Part shown: in pieces, positions 47,479-57,416 of the stretch
Layout: each line of letters starts with the position of its first letter
Position numbering within the stretch: the stretch's first letter is position 1
Origin: Deltaproteobacteria bacterium
Lineage (GTDB): Bacteria > Desulfobacterota > Binatia > UTPRO1
Assembly (NCBI GenBank): GCA_020848745.1
Contig: JADLHM010000013.1
Location: 5,238-69,237, forward strand
DNA: 64,000 nt
Reading direction: 5' to 3'
Made by a program: the position numbers and the translations under genes
Notes under the pieces: generated by a model
The model's input: only the letters and a program-made list of their open reading frames with translations
Database searches by the model: none
What the model was told of the DNA's origin: nothing

Positions 47479-47874
47479 CTACTGCTCCTTGGTCGCGCGC
47501 AGCACGGGTTGGCAGTCGTCGGCGCACGACGCGTTCGGGTCTGGCGCCGCGGCGGGACGATGGAGCACCGCCTTGCTGGGCGCGATCCGGATGCGCCGTT
47601 TCCCTTCGCCCGGCGCGACGGCCGCCGTGCCGTCGACGATCAAGCTGTACCCGCCCGGTTCGGCGGCCGGATAGAGGAGCGCTACCGCCGGCCGGCTCGC
47701 CGCGTTTTGCGCGCTCCGAGCGCCGACCTCGGCGATGAGCAGGTCGCCCTCCCATCCGAGCGCGACGTGCACCGCGTGCGGCCGGGCATCGTCCGTGACG
47801 GTCAGGAGGTAGGCGCCGCCCACACGCTCGGCGATCGCCGCGCGCAGGCCCTCGAGAGCAACGGGAATGGTCAT
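47479..47874 (-). CDS. pyridoxamine 5'-phosphate oxidase-like split-barrel protein
   Basis: Trimmed to ATG 47874. GGAYLLTVTDDARPHAVHV..SRPAVALLY resembles PPOX-class small proteins. Weak assignment. Confidence 0.45.
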   Translation of the reverse strand: MTIPVALEGLRAAIAERVGGAYLLTVTDDARPHAVHVALGWEGDLLIAEVGARSAQNAASRPAVALLYPAAEPGGYSLIVDGTAAVAPGEGKRRIRIAPSKAVLHRPAAAPDPNASCADDCQPVLRATKEQ

Positions 47875-48030
47875 GGCTCCGGCGTAGCGCGCCCCCCGGG
47901 GTTTTGCGAGGCCGGGAACACGCACCACCGCGGTTCCCCCGCCTGGGAACGAGAGCGCCCGACCGGGCGCCGTTTTCCCGGCCGTCCGGCGGCGGCGCGC
48001 CTGGCACGCCCCCTGCTGCCGCTTCGAGGG

Positions 48031-48879
48031 GTGACGAGCGCCGCCGTCATCGGTCACCGCCCGACCCGCCCCGAGCTCGCCGCCGCGAAGCTCCTCCTCG
48101 AGCCGTGGCGCATGCTGACCTCGCCCTGCTTCTACGGGGTGAGCCGGGTGCCGCGCGACCGTCCGGTCCTTCTCGTCGGCAATCACACGCTGATGGGGCT
48201 CCTCGACGTCCCGCTCATGGTCCTCGGGCTGCACGAGCGGACGGGGATCGTTCCCCGCTCGCTCGGCGACCACGTACACTTCCAGGTGCCGCTCTGGCGC
48301 GACCTCCTGACCCGCTTCGGCGCCGTCGACGGCACGCGCGCGAGCTGCGAGGCGCTCATGCGAGCCGGCGAGTCGATCCTCGTCTTTCCCGGCGGCGCGC
48401 GGGAAGTCTTCAAGCACAAGGGCGCGCGCTACCGCCTCCTCTGGAAGGACCGGGTCGGCTTCGCGGTGCTCGCGATCGCGCACGGCTACCCGATCGTGCC
48501 GTTCTCGGCCGTCGGCGCCGAGGAGTGCTACGACATCCTCGTCGACAGCGACGACCTCCGACGGACGCCGCTCGGAACCCTCCTCGACTGGCTGACGCCC
48601 CGCGCCGACGAGCTACCGCCGCTCGTGAACGGGCTCGGGCTCCTGCCGCGGCCGCAGCGCTTCTACTTCCGCTTCGAGACGCCGATCGAGACGACGCCCT
48701 GGGCCGGACGGAGCGCCGACCGCGACGCGTGCCTCGAGCTCCGCGCCGTCGTAGCGGCCGCGGTCGAGCGCGGCATCACGGCGCTCCGCCGGACGCGGCG
48801 CCGCGACCCCGAGCGCGCGCTCGGCCTCAGGATCGCGCGCGAGCTCCGCGGCAAGGGACCAGGCCGCCGCCGGCGATGA
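48031..48879 (+). CDS. PlsC-family lysophospholipid acyltransferase
   Basis: Acyltransferase motif VGNHTLMGLLD, then VFPGGAREV. GTG 48031 is a provisional start. Confidence 0.7.
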   Translation: MTSAAVIGHRPTRPELAAAKLLLEPWRMLTSPCFYGVSRVPRDRPVLLVGNHTLMGLLDVPLMVLGLHERTGIVPRSLGDHVHFQVPLWRDLLTRFGAVDGTRASCEALMRAGESILVFPGGAREVFKHKGARYRLLWKDRVGFAVLAIAHGYPIVPFSAVGAEECYDILVDSDDLRRTPLGTLLDWLTPRADELPPLVNGLGLLPRPQRFYFRFETPIETTPWAGRSADRDACLELRAVVAAAVERGITALRRTRRRDPERALGLRIARELRGKGPGRRRR

Positions 48880-48894
48880 GGCTGGCGGCGCGGC

Positions 48895-51800
48895 TCACCG
48901 ACCTCCCTTGCACACCTCGCTCTGCCCGCCGCTCTTGGCCGCGCACGGCAGCGTGGCGGCGAAGCAGTCGTCGCCGACCCGCACCAGCGTCGTCCCCTCG
49001 GGCGCCGCCGAGCCCGTGGCGTCGATGCCCGCGACCGACGCCGTCACCTTGAAGCGGCGGCCGTCCTTGCTCGTCACCCGCACGCTCAATGTTCCGCCCC
49101 CGGCCGCCGGGCCGCGGTACTTGAAGCCGTGGCGGATCGGCGGGAGACCGGCCGCGACGGTCGCGTCCGCGACGGTTGCCGACCCCGCGAGCCGGAGCTC
49201 GAACGGCTCCGTCTCGAAGTCGAGGGCGTTTCCGGCGAGCACGAACGTGCCCCGCATACGCAGGCTGTCGGTGCCCGCGTTCGCGCGGTTCTTGAGACGC
49301 GTCGATTGGAGATCGAGCGTCCAGACGCCGGCGTCGCAACCCGCCGGCGTGAGCCCGGCGGGCACGCCGGAGCCGAGCGCGCCGGTCCGTTGCCGGTCGT
49401 GACGGAAGCCCTGCCAGCGCACTGCGCGCGCCGACGCGGCGCCGGGCGCGTCCCACACGTAGAGGAATCCCTCACGGCTCGCGGTCGCGACCTCGAGCAA
49501 GCCGTCGCCGTCGAGGTCGCCCGCGACCGGGATCGGGATCATCCAGCCGTTGGTGAACTTCGGCCAGCCGACCGGCTGAGCGCCGAGGTGGTTCACGGCG
49601 TGCACGAAGCCGCCGCCGCTTCCCTGCACGACCTCCGGCACGCCGTCGTCGTCGAGGTCGAAAACCGCCGGGTTCCCGAAGAACATCATGTCCTCGATGA
49701 TGCGCGGGAAGGTCGCGACCATGTGACCCGTCGCCGTCCGCCACGCCGAGAGCTGATGGTCGCCCGGCTCCTGCCGGCCAGGCGCTTGCTGGTCGACGAA
49801 CTTCGTCGTGCCGATCGTGCCGGCTATCACCTCGAACCGCCCATCGGAGTCGAGGTCGGCCAGGCTCGGGCTCCCGAGGAGCGCGAGGCTGATCGGAAAG
49901 TCCGTCGACTCCGCCTGCAGCGGACGTGCCAGGCTCACGTCGTAGTCGAGCGTGACGTGCGCGCCGTTCGAGGCGATGCCGTAGTAGGACGAGCCGTCGC
50001 CGCGCAGGACGTAAACCGGCCCGTTGTTGCCCTGCACGACGACCTCGGCGATGCCGTCGCCATCGACGTCGCCGAGCACCGCGCCCTGGGTGACGCCGTG
50101 CGCGACCGTGGGCAGCAGGTCCTCGCTGAAGAGCGCGATCTTCACCGGCCAGCCCGGCAGATACGGCCCCGCCGGATTGCCGGCGACGCGCGGACTGAGA
50201 CTCCCCTCGTGGTCGATCGCGTAGAGCCGGCCGTTCACCGGATCGAGCCCGGCGACGCCCGCGAAGAAGGAGAGCTCCACGTTGGCGTCCTCGCCGCGCA
50301 CGTACTCCTCGTTCGTGCCCTGCACGATCTCGAGGAAGCCGTCGCCGTCGATGTCGCCGATCGCGGGCGCGGCGACGATCTTGGTGCCGCGCGAGCCGCG
50401 CGGCTGGCCGCCGACCAGGTCCCAGGCGACCTTGCCGGTCATCGGATCGACGGTCGTGACGGTGCGATCCACCATCAGGATCGGGAAGCCGGGTTGCGGC
50501 GTGCCGTCGGCGCGCCACACGTACAGGTGGCGGTCCGAGGCGCCGATCACGATCTCGAGCGTCCCGTCGCGGTCGAGATCGGCGAGCGCAGGCGTCGCGA
50601 GGAAGCCGGGATCGAGGCGGTTCGCCTCGTCGCGGATCGCCGGAGCGGAGAACGCCGCCGTCGTGCTCACCGGAAAGCCGGCGCGCCGCGTACCGTCGGC
50701 GGCGAACACGTAGAGCTTCCCTTGGGTCGAGGCGACCACCACCTCGAGCGCGCCGTCGCGGTCGAGGTCGCCGACCGCAGCCGAGCCGAGGATCGACTCG
50801 CGCACGGCGCTGCTCACCGCGCCGCTCGTGAAGCCCGCCGAGCCGGTGTGCAGCACGTCGAGGTCGGTCGTGGCGGGCCAGCCCTGCAGGTCGCTGCCGT
50901 CGCCGCGGATCGCGTGCACCTCGCCCGCGGCGGTCGCGAGCACCACGTCGAGGGTGCCGTCGCCGTCGAGGTCCGCGAGCGCCGGGGAGCTGTCGCCCGA
51001 CGCGTGCAAGACGCGCGGGAAGCCGGGGTGGAGATCGGGATCGTGGAACACCGCCACGGCGCGCGTGTCCTCGCCCACGTTGCCGAGGTCGTCGACCACC
51101 CTGAGGCGCAGCGTCACGTTGTAGACTTCGTCGAACCGGTCGCGATCGGCGACCGGCAGCGTGACCGCATCGAACGCGCAGTCCGCCGCGACCGCCGCGA
51201 TGGCCCACGTCCCGAGGATCGCCTCGTCGATCGGCGCCGCGGGCGTGCCCGTCGCGATCAGGTGGCCCGCCCGCGCGTACTCGCTCGCGACCGGGTCGAC
51301 GCCGCAGCCGTACTCGAGCGTGTAGGTGTAGGCGTTGGCGCGGCGGTGCGCGGCGGTCGAGCCGGTGATCGTCACCATCGGCGTCGCCGTCGGATCGAGC
51401 GTGTGGAACCAGCCGGGCGAGGCGAGCTCGGCCTCGGGCGGGATCGTCGTCGCCGAGAGCGCCCGCACCGCCCGGTCGGCGTTCACGCGGCCGTAGCCGA
51501 AGTACTTGTCCCGGCCGGGATGGGTCGGGAAGCGCGTCGACACGAGGTCCGAGAGGAAGCCGAACTTCACCGACGGCGACGTCGAGAGCGCCAGGTTGCC
51601 GCTGAAGTCGATGTCGTCGGCGGTCGCACCGAGAATCTGCTTCACCTCGTTGGCGGAAAGCGCCGTGCCGGTCACGGGATGGTTCGCGAGCAGGCCCGCG
51701 TCGACGAGGTTCCGCGCCCGCGACACGATCAGCGCCGCGATGCCGGCGCCGCGCCCGGTCGCCTCCGACGAGCACGAGTTCGACGGCACCGAGACGTGCA

Positions 51801-52896
51801 CGTTGTGCGCGCCGTAGTTCGTGCAGCCGTTCAGGAGGAGATACGTGTCGTTCTGGACGAAGGTCCCGTCCTCGGCGCGGATCGAGTTCACCGGGATCGT
51901 GTGCTCGTAGTTCGACGGCCAGTTGTGGTGGTAGGACTCCTCGTCCGCCGCCGACGCGATCACCGGCACGCCGCGCGCGTAGGCGTAGTCGATCGCGTCC
52001 TGACCGAACGCGGTATGGTCGAGCGCGCCGTTCGCCTCCTGGATCACGGCGGCGCCGCTGTCGACGGCGAAGACGACGCCGCGCGCGAAGTCGTTCACCT
52101 CCGAGACGAAGCTGTCGCTCACCTTGATCGGGATGAAGGTCGCGTTCGGCGCGGTGCCGACGCCGCCGCCGTTCGCCGCCTCGGCGGTCGAGTCCTCGGC
52201 CTCACCGGTGCCGTGCCCGTAGTGCACGTCGTCGTAGGGATCGTTGTCGTCTTGATGGAAATCCCAGCCCGCGATGTCGTCGACGTAACCGTTCGCGTCG
52301 GCGTCGGTGCCGTCGGAGAAGGCGCGGAGCAGATCCTGCGGATCGACGATGCCGTTGCCGTTCGCGTCGACGACGCGCGAGTCCCCGGCATGCGTGCCGT
52401 CGGCGCGGTAGTCGCGGACGTCGAAGACGCCGTCCTCGTTGCGGTCGTATCCGTTGCTCGTCGACTCCGGGAGCGGCAGCTCCGCCGCGTGCAACCGCAC
52501 CTTCGTCGCGAGGTCGTTCATCGCGCCCCCGTCGCTCCAGTCGAGGCCCGAGTCGAGGATCGCGATCACGACGTCGGGGCGGCCGGTCGTCACCTGCCAC
52601 GCCTTGTCGACGCTCGGTCCGCGCACCCCGAAGAGCTCCTGCGCGGTCGCCGGCACGGCGGGGTCGACGAGGCTCGAGAAGCGGAAGTTGTTCGGATCGA
52701 GGTCGGACGGCACCGTCGGCGGGACGGTCGTCGGCAAGAAGAGGTAGGAGGCGAAGTCGGTCGGGTCGGTGCAGCTCGCGGCGAGCGGGCCGCCGCACTT
52801 CGGGTAGGGGAACTCGGCGCGCGCGTCGAGCGGCGCGAGCAAGACCGCGACGAGGAGCGCTGAACGGCTGAGGGAACGGTTCGGCATCGGGGGCAC
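48895..52896 (-). CDS. secreted S8 subtilisin-like peptidase fused to an FG-GAP beta-propeller
   Basis: Signal peptide. Catalytic triad contexts VVIAILDSGLD, HGTGEA, SSEATGRGAG. Eight DxDxDG repeats (DLDGDGTLDV, DLDRDGALEV, DLDRDGTLEI, DIDGDGFLEI, DVDGDGIAEV, DLDSDGRFEV, DLDDDGVPEV, DLDGDGLLEV). Confidence 0.8.
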   Translation of the reverse strand: MPPMPNRSLSRSALLVAVLLAPLDARAEFPYPKCGGPLAASCTDPTDFASYLFLPTTVPPTVPSDLDPNNFRFSSLVDPAVPATAQELFGVRGPSVDKAWQVTTGRPDVVIAILDSGLDWSDGGAMNDLATKVRLHAAELPLPESTSNGYDRNEDGVFDVRDYRADGTHAGDSRVVDANGNGIVDPQDLLRAFSDGTDADANGYVDDIAGWDFHQDDNDPYDDVHYGHGTGEAEDSTAEAANGGGVGTAPNATFIPIKVSDSFVSEVNDFARGVVFAVDSGAAVIQEANGALDHTAFGQDAIDYAYARGVPVIASAADEESYHHNWPSNYEHTIPVNSIRAEDGTFVQNDTYLLLNGCTNYGAHNVHVSVPSNSCSSEATGRGAGIAALIVSRARNLVDAGLLANHPVTGTALSANEVKQILGATADDIDFSGNLALSTSPSVKFGFLSDLVSTRFPTHPGRDKYFGYGRVNADRAVRALSATTIPPEAELASPGWFHTLDPTATPMVTITGSTAAHRRANAYTYTLEYGCGVDPVASEYARAGHLIATGTPAAPIDEAILGTWAIAAVAADCAFDAVTLPVADRDRFDEVYNVTLRLRVVDDLGNVGEDTRAVAVFHDPDLHPGFPRVLHASGDSSPALADLDGDGTLDVVLATAAGEVHAIRGDGSDLQGWPATTDLDVLHTGSAGFTSGAVSSAVRESILGSAAVGDLDRDGALEVVVASTQGKLYVFAADGTRRAGFPVSTTAAFSAPAIRDEANRLDPGFLATPALADLDRDGTLEIVIGASDRHLYVWRADGTPQPGFPILMVDRTVTTVDPMTGKVAWDLVGGQPRGSRGTKIVAAPAIGDIDGDGFLEIVQGTNEEYVRGEDANVELSFFAGVAGLDPVNGRLYAIDHEGSLSPRVAGNPAGPYLPGWPVKIALFSEDLLPTVAHGVTQGAVLGDVDGDGIAEVVVQGNNGPVYVLRGDGSSYYGIASNGAHVTLDYDVSLARPLQAESTDFPISLALLGSPSLADLDSDGRFEVIAGTIGTTKFVDQQAPGRQEPGDHQLSAWRTATGHMVATFPRIIEDMMFFGNPAVFDLDDDGVPEVVQGSGGGFVHAVNHLGAQPVGWPKFTNGWMIPIPVAGDLDGDGLLEVATASREGFLYVWDAPGAASARAVRWQGFRHDRQRTGALGSGVPAGLTPAGCDAGVWTLDLQSTRLKNRANAGTDSLRMRGTFVLAGNALDFETEPFELRLAGSATVADATVAAGLPPIRHGFKYRGPAAGGGTLSVRVTSKDGRRFKVTASVAGIDATGSAAPEGTTLVRVGDDCFAATLPCAAKSGGQSEVCKGGR

Positions 52897-53115
52897 CTCG
52901 CTTGGTCGACGGCCGCGCGAAGGACGCGGAACGCGGGACTCGACGTGTAGCGCCGCGTGAAGTTGGCTGTAAAGCGATTTCGTCGGCGGGCACGCCGTCC
53001 TGTCGCACCCCGCCCCAACGGCGCGCGGCGAGCGTCCGGCGGCGGACGCCGGCCCGAGCCTGGCGGCGCCCGGGCGGCTGCGCTACGACGGCGCGGACCG
53101 CGAGCCCGCACGCGC

Positions 53116-54270
53116 ATGAGTCCCCCGCCGCCGCCCGACCGTCGCCGTCGCCTCGCGCTCGCGTTCGTCGGCTGGAAGGTCCTCGGCCTGCTCGCGCTCG
53201 CGACCGTCGTGCCGCGCCTGCGCTGGGAAGGGGCCACGGGTCTCGCCGCCAGCACCGACCCGCTCCGCGCCTTCTACAACTGGGACGCCTTCCACTACGT
53301 CCGCATCGCAACCGACGGCTACGCCGCCCGGGAGACGCACGCCTTCTACCCGCTCTTCCCGATGCTGCTCCGCGCCGTCATGGTCCCGTTCGGCGATGCC
53401 GCGGCCGCGGGGATCGCGCTCACGACGCTCCTCACGGCGCTCTTCGCGGTCGTCTACTGGCGCTTCGCGCGCGACCTCCTCTCGACGCGGACGGCGACGG
53501 TCGCGCTCGTCGCGTGCCTCGCGCTGCCGAGCGCGTTCTTCCTGCACTGTCTCTACACCGAGTCGTTGTTCCTTCTGTTGCTCTTCCTCTTCCTCGGCGC
53601 GTTCCTACGCGCGTCCTGGCTCGCCGCGGCGATCGCCCCCGCCCTCGTGCTGACGCGCGGGCAGGGCCTCTTCGTCGGCCTCGCGGTCGGCCTCGTCTTC
53701 CTCGGCGAGCTGCCGCGCCTCTGGCGCGAGCGCGACGCGGCCCGTGCGGCCTATCTCGTCGGCGTCGGCCTCGCGTTCGTCGCCGCGTTCGCGGGCTTCC
53801 TCGCCTGGGAGCGCTCGGCGTTCGGCGACCCGTTCGAGTTCGTGAAGGTCCAGGCGCTCTACTGGCCGGCGTTCGAGAACTCGATCCTCAACAGCCTCGA
53901 TCCGCGCCACGTTCTGGTGGTGCTCTTCACGCCGCCCCGCGACCTGAACGGTCCGGCTTTCGGCGTGATCGACAAGCTCGCCATCTTCGCGAGCCTCGGG
54001 CTCGCTCCCGCGGTGTGGCGGCTCGATCGGCGGCTCTTCGCCTTCTACTTCTGCCTCGCCTGGTTCCCCGCCACGATGGGCACCGGCGGCTCGTACTTCC
54101 GCTTCTTCCTGCTGCCGTGGAGCATCGCGGCGCTCGCGGTCGCCGACCGCCATTGCGCGGCCGGCGCGACCAGCGCGCGGCGCCGCCTGGCCGTCGCGGC
54201 CGCCGCCCTCGGCCTCATCCTGCAGTGGGGCTTCTCGCTCCTCCATGCCGGTCACCGCTGGGTCGGCTGA
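53116..54270 (+). CDS. PIG-V-like GT-C family membrane mannosyltransferase
   Basis: Trimmed to ATG 53116. FYNWDAFHYVRIATDGYAARETHAFYPLFPMLLR motif and about 9 TM helices. Confidence 0.55.
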   Translation: MSPPPPPDRRRRLALAFVGWKVLGLLALATVVPRLRWEGATGLAASTDPLRAFYNWDAFHYVRIATDGYAARETHAFYPLFPMLLRAVMVPFGDAAAAGIALTTLLTALFAVVYWRFARDLLSTRTATVALVACLALPSAFFLHCLYTESLFLLLLFLFLGAFLRASWLAAAIAPALVLTRGQGLFVGLAVGLVFLGELPRLWRERDAARAAYLVGVGLAFVAAFAGFLAWERSAFGDPFEFVKVQALYWPAFENSILNSLDPRHVLVVLFTPPRDLNGPAFGVIDKLAIFASLGLAPAVWRLDRRLFAFYFCLAWFPATMGTGGSYFRFFLLPWSIAALAVADRHCAAGATSARRRLAVAAAALGLILQWGFSLLHAGHRWVG

Positions 54271-54374
54271 GAGGGCCCGCGCGCCGCGCGGTTACCGCCC
54301 GGGCGCGTCGAGTCGAGCGATGCGCGCCACGCCCGCCGCGACGCGCCACCGCTCGAATCCTTCCGCCGACCGGC

Positions 54375-55637
54375 TCAGCTCATGCCCTTCATCGCCTCGG
54401 CCAGGATGCGCGACGTCGACGGCCGCATGATGCGCGGGTCGACTTCCTTCCCTTCGGTGAGGGTCTTCCGCACGTCCTTGCCGGAGATGAAGACGGGCTT
54501 CTCGTTCGGGTGGAGATCCATGAGATCGACCCGGCCGGCCGACTCGTAGTACGCCGCGAAGCCCACCTTGAGCGGCCTGATCCGGAGATCGCCGCCGAGC
54601 TTGCCGAAGATCTCCTGCGCGTCGAAGTCGCCCCAGATCGCGGTGCCGTCGTAGTACGGAGCGTCGGCGTGCTTGCGGCCGATGACGATGTCGGTGAAGC
54701 CGAAGTTCTGGCGGTAGATGCCGTGCATGACGGCTTCCTTCGGCCCGCCGTAGAACATCTTGATGTCGAGGCCGAGGAGGATGACGCGATCGGGCACGGC
54801 TTCCTTGCGCGGCCCCCACAGCGCCTGGTCGCTATCGCCCTCGCCGAGCGACCGGTTCGCGATGAGCGCCTCGTAGGTGCGCATGCGGACGCGCGCGTTC
54901 ACGTCGTCGCCCTTGGTCTCGCCGATCAACGGATTCAGCACGGCGCCCGCATCGTGGCCCTCGCGGACGAGCGTCTCGAGCCCGTAGACGAGCGCGTACT
55001 CGTGGGCGCGGTGCAGCGGGTTGCGGGTCTGGAACGCGACGACGCGCTTCCAGCCCTTGGCGGCGACGAGCGCGCGCACCTCGCGCGGCGAGAGCACGTA
55101 CTTCCCGAACTCGGCGTCCTTCGGCTGCGGCAGCACGCGGATCGTTCCGCCGACGAGATGCGTCTTGTCGGCGTCGCCCTTCAGCACCATGTCGGCGCCC
55201 GGGTGATCGGTGCGCTCGGTGCCGTAGACGCTCTTGATGTACTTCATCTTGTCCCAGGCGAAGACGTCGCTGATCTCGAGGCGCGCGACCGGCGTCCCGG
55301 CGGCGTTCGCAAGCGCCACGACCTGCCCCTTCTTCAGCGTCTTCGCCAACGCCTCGGTCACCGGGAACGCGAGGGGGATCGTCCAGGCGTAGCGCTTCCC
55401 GGCGCGCTCGATGAACGCCTGCTCGAGCACCTGCACGTAGGTGGCGCCATCCATCGGTCCGGTGAGCGGCGAGAGCGTTCCGTCGCCGAAGCGGTAGACG
55501 GCCGAGAGGTCCGCGTCGGACACCGGCACCGTCGGGAGCTTCGCGAGCTCCGCCTTGAACGCGGTTTCCTCCGCGGGCGGAACGGTCAGATCGAGGGGCT
55601 CGGCGAGACCGCCGTGAGCAGGGACGAGACTGGCCAT
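54375..55637 (-). CDS. sat: sulfate adenylyltransferase (ATP sulfurylase)
   Basis: [36 protein letters not shown]. Confidence 0.9.
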   Translation of the reverse strand: MASLVPAHGGLAEPLDLTVPPAEETAFKAELAKLPTVPVSDADLSAVYRFGDGTLSPLTGPMDGATYVQVLEQAFIERAGKRYAWTIPLAFPVTEALAKTLKKGQVVALANAAGTPVARLEISDVFAWDKMKYIKSVYGTERTDHPGADMVLKGDADKTHLVGGTIRVLPQPKDAEFGKYVLSPREVRALVAAKGWKRVVAFQTRNPLHRAHEYALVYGLETLVREGHDAGAVLNPLIGETKGDDVNARVRMRTYEALIANRSLGEGDSDQALWGPRKEAVPDRVILLGLDIKMFYGGPKEAVMHGIYRQNFGFTDIVIGRKHADAPYYDGTAIWGDFDAQEIFGKLGGDLRIRPLKVGFAAYYESAGRVDLMDLHPNEKPVFISGKDVRKTLTEGKEVDPRIMRPSTSRILAEAMKGMS

Positions 55638-55773
55638 GAATGGAGATCCTTTCTTCTGGGCGGCGATAGTGGGCGGCGATGCGTTCGGCGGTGCTCAGCC
55701 GAGGTCGGCGGCCGGAATCCGCGGAGCCGGCGACACTAGCGCAGCAGACGCGAGCGGGCAACGACCCGGGCCA

Positions 55774-56646
55774 TCATCGCTGGCGTGGTTTCGCGATCGT
55801 CGAACCATCGCAGGCCCCTTCCCAGAGGGCGGCGGTGAGGACGGCGGCGTGGCCGAGCTGGGCGGCCATGACCTCGCCGAGATCGGCGTGCAGGCGGCGA
55901 TAGTAGAGGCGCGAGCCGACCTTGGTACCGCGCGCGGCGGTGCGGTCGGCGGCGAGCACCGCGTCGATCCGCTCGTAGGCCTGCTCGAGCGCCGCGAAGA
56001 GCGCGCCCTGCGCGCCCTCGGGAGCGATCGCACGGCGCGGGGCGACCTGCCACGCGCGCCGCGTGTACTCGCCCAGGTTCTCGTCCACGAGCTCCGCCTC
56101 GACGCGCCGGTGCACGCCGCGCTGGCCCGTCTCCCGACCGTCGAAGTTCTCCGTCGCGTGGAGCGGCATGGTCGCGTCGGCGGCGTAGTGCGCGAGGTGT
56201 CCGGCCGTCCGTCGCGCGGCAGCGACGTCGCCGCGGCGGAGCTCGTCGCGCAGCCGACGCGCGACGCTCGCGCCGTACCACGGTAGCGTCCCCTCGCGCT
56301 CCACGGTCTTCCGTCCGAAGCGCGCCTCGGCGGCGCCCAGGTCGCGCGGCAAGGCGCGAAACGGCGGCGGCCCGTAGTGGTCGAGGTTCAGGAAGTGGCG
56401 CACGCCCTCGCGCCGGCCGTCGCGCCGCTTGAGCACCGTGTCGGGCTCGACCGCGGCGTCGCCGAGCGCCTTCCGCGGCGCGGCGCCGAGCGCGGGACAG
56501 CGCGCGCGGACGAGCTCGGCCGCGCGCGTCGCGACCCAGCGATGCGCCGCGAGCCCCCACGCCGACGCGTCGGGCGGCGCCGCGAGCGCGAGCAGAGACG
56601 CGGCAACGAGCCCCGTGGCCGTGCGCACCGCGATCCGGCCCCTCAT
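55774..56646 (-). CDS. secreted S1/P1-type zinc nuclease family protein
   Basis: Trimmed to ATG 56646 (ATGA overlap with ecfT). After the signal peptide the mature end is WGLAAHRWV (W1/H6 as in P1 nuclease WGALGH). HYAADATMPLH reproduces the H-x3-D-x5-H spacing of HFIGDMTQPLH. Confidence 0.65.
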   Translation of the reverse strand: MRGRIAVRTATGLVAASLLALAAPPDASAWGLAAHRWVATRAAELVRARCPALGAAPRKALGDAAVEPDTVLKRRDGRREGVRHFLNLDHYGPPPFRALPRDLGAAEARFGRKTVEREGTLPWYGASVARRLRDELRRGDVAAARRTAGHLAHYAADATMPLHATENFDGRETGQRGVHRRVEAELVDENLGEYTRRAWQVAPRRAIAPEGAQGALFAALEQAYERIDAVLAADRTAARGTKVGSRLYYRRLHADLGEVMAAQLGHAAVLTAALWEGACDGSTIAKPRQR

Positions 56647-57413
56647 TGCGCCACCAGCCGACCGATGCCGGCGACCCGCAGCGCGACGACCGCCGCGGTG
56701 ATCGCGAGGCCGACGCCGAGCAGGAGGAGATCGCCCGCGTCGGCGCCCGGGCGCGGCAGCGACGTCCGCGGCCGGCCGGCGCTGAACCCGCGCACCTCGA
56801 GCGCGAACGCCATCTGGTCGGCGCGCCGCAAGCCGCCGATGAACACCGGCACGATCACCGGCACGTAGCGCGCGAGGCGCGCCGCGACGTTGCCGGTCGT
56901 GAAATCGAGGCCGCGGCAGCGCTGCGCGTCGCGCACGGCGAGCGCGGCGTCGAGGAACACCGGCACCAGGCGAAACGCGAGCGTCAGCACGAAGCCGGCG
57001 CGGTACGGGACGCCGAGGCGCGAGAGCGCGAAGGCGAACTCCTCGATCGTGGTGGTGGCGAGGAAGACGAAGCCGGTCGCGAGGAAGGTCTCGAGTCGGA
57101 GCGCCATACCGAGGCCGTAGCGGAACGCCACCCAGCGATCGACGGGGGCGCCAGCCGTTGCCGGGTAGAAGACCGTCCAGATGATCGTCGTGAAGACGAA
57201 CACCGGAATCAGCAGCCAGCGCATCCGATACAGCACCGGCAGCGCCCGCGCGCTCGCGGCGACGGCGAGCGCGAGCGCGAGGAGCAGGCCGAGCGGCGCC
57301 GGGTGATCGAGAAGGAACGCGGCGACGAACAGCAGCGCGAGCACCAGCACCTTCGCGATCGGATGCCGGCGATGGAGCCAGCTCGGCTGGTCCAGGTGGA
57401 GCGAGAGCGCCAT
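56643..57413 (-). CDS. ecfT: ECF transporter transmembrane (T) component
   Basis: 256 aa, multi-TM. ARxxRG-type motifs (AVRDAQRCRG, ALEVRGF) typical of EcfT/CbiQ. Confidence 0.85.
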   Translation of the reverse strand: MALSLHLDQPSWLHRRHPIAKVLVLALLFVAAFLLDHPAPLGLLLALALAVAASARALPVLYRMRWLLIPVFVFTTIIWTVFYPATAGAPVDRWVAFRYGLGMALRLETFLATGFVFLATTTIEEFAFALSRLGVPYRAGFVLTLAFRLVPVFLDAALAVRDAQRCRGLDFTTGNVAARLARYVPVIVPVFIGGLRRADQMAFALEVRGFSAGRPRTSLPRPGADAGDLLLLGVGLAITAAVVALRVAGIGRLVAQ

Positions 57414-57416
57414 CGC

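Noticed and set aside
49129-52863. 1244-aa plus-strand ORF and the 767-aa alternative minus-strand frame (49472-51775)
   Set aside because: Both overlap the S8/FG-GAP gene, whose frame has a signal peptide, catalytic motifs and eight regular repeats. The alternatives are Arg-rich junk.
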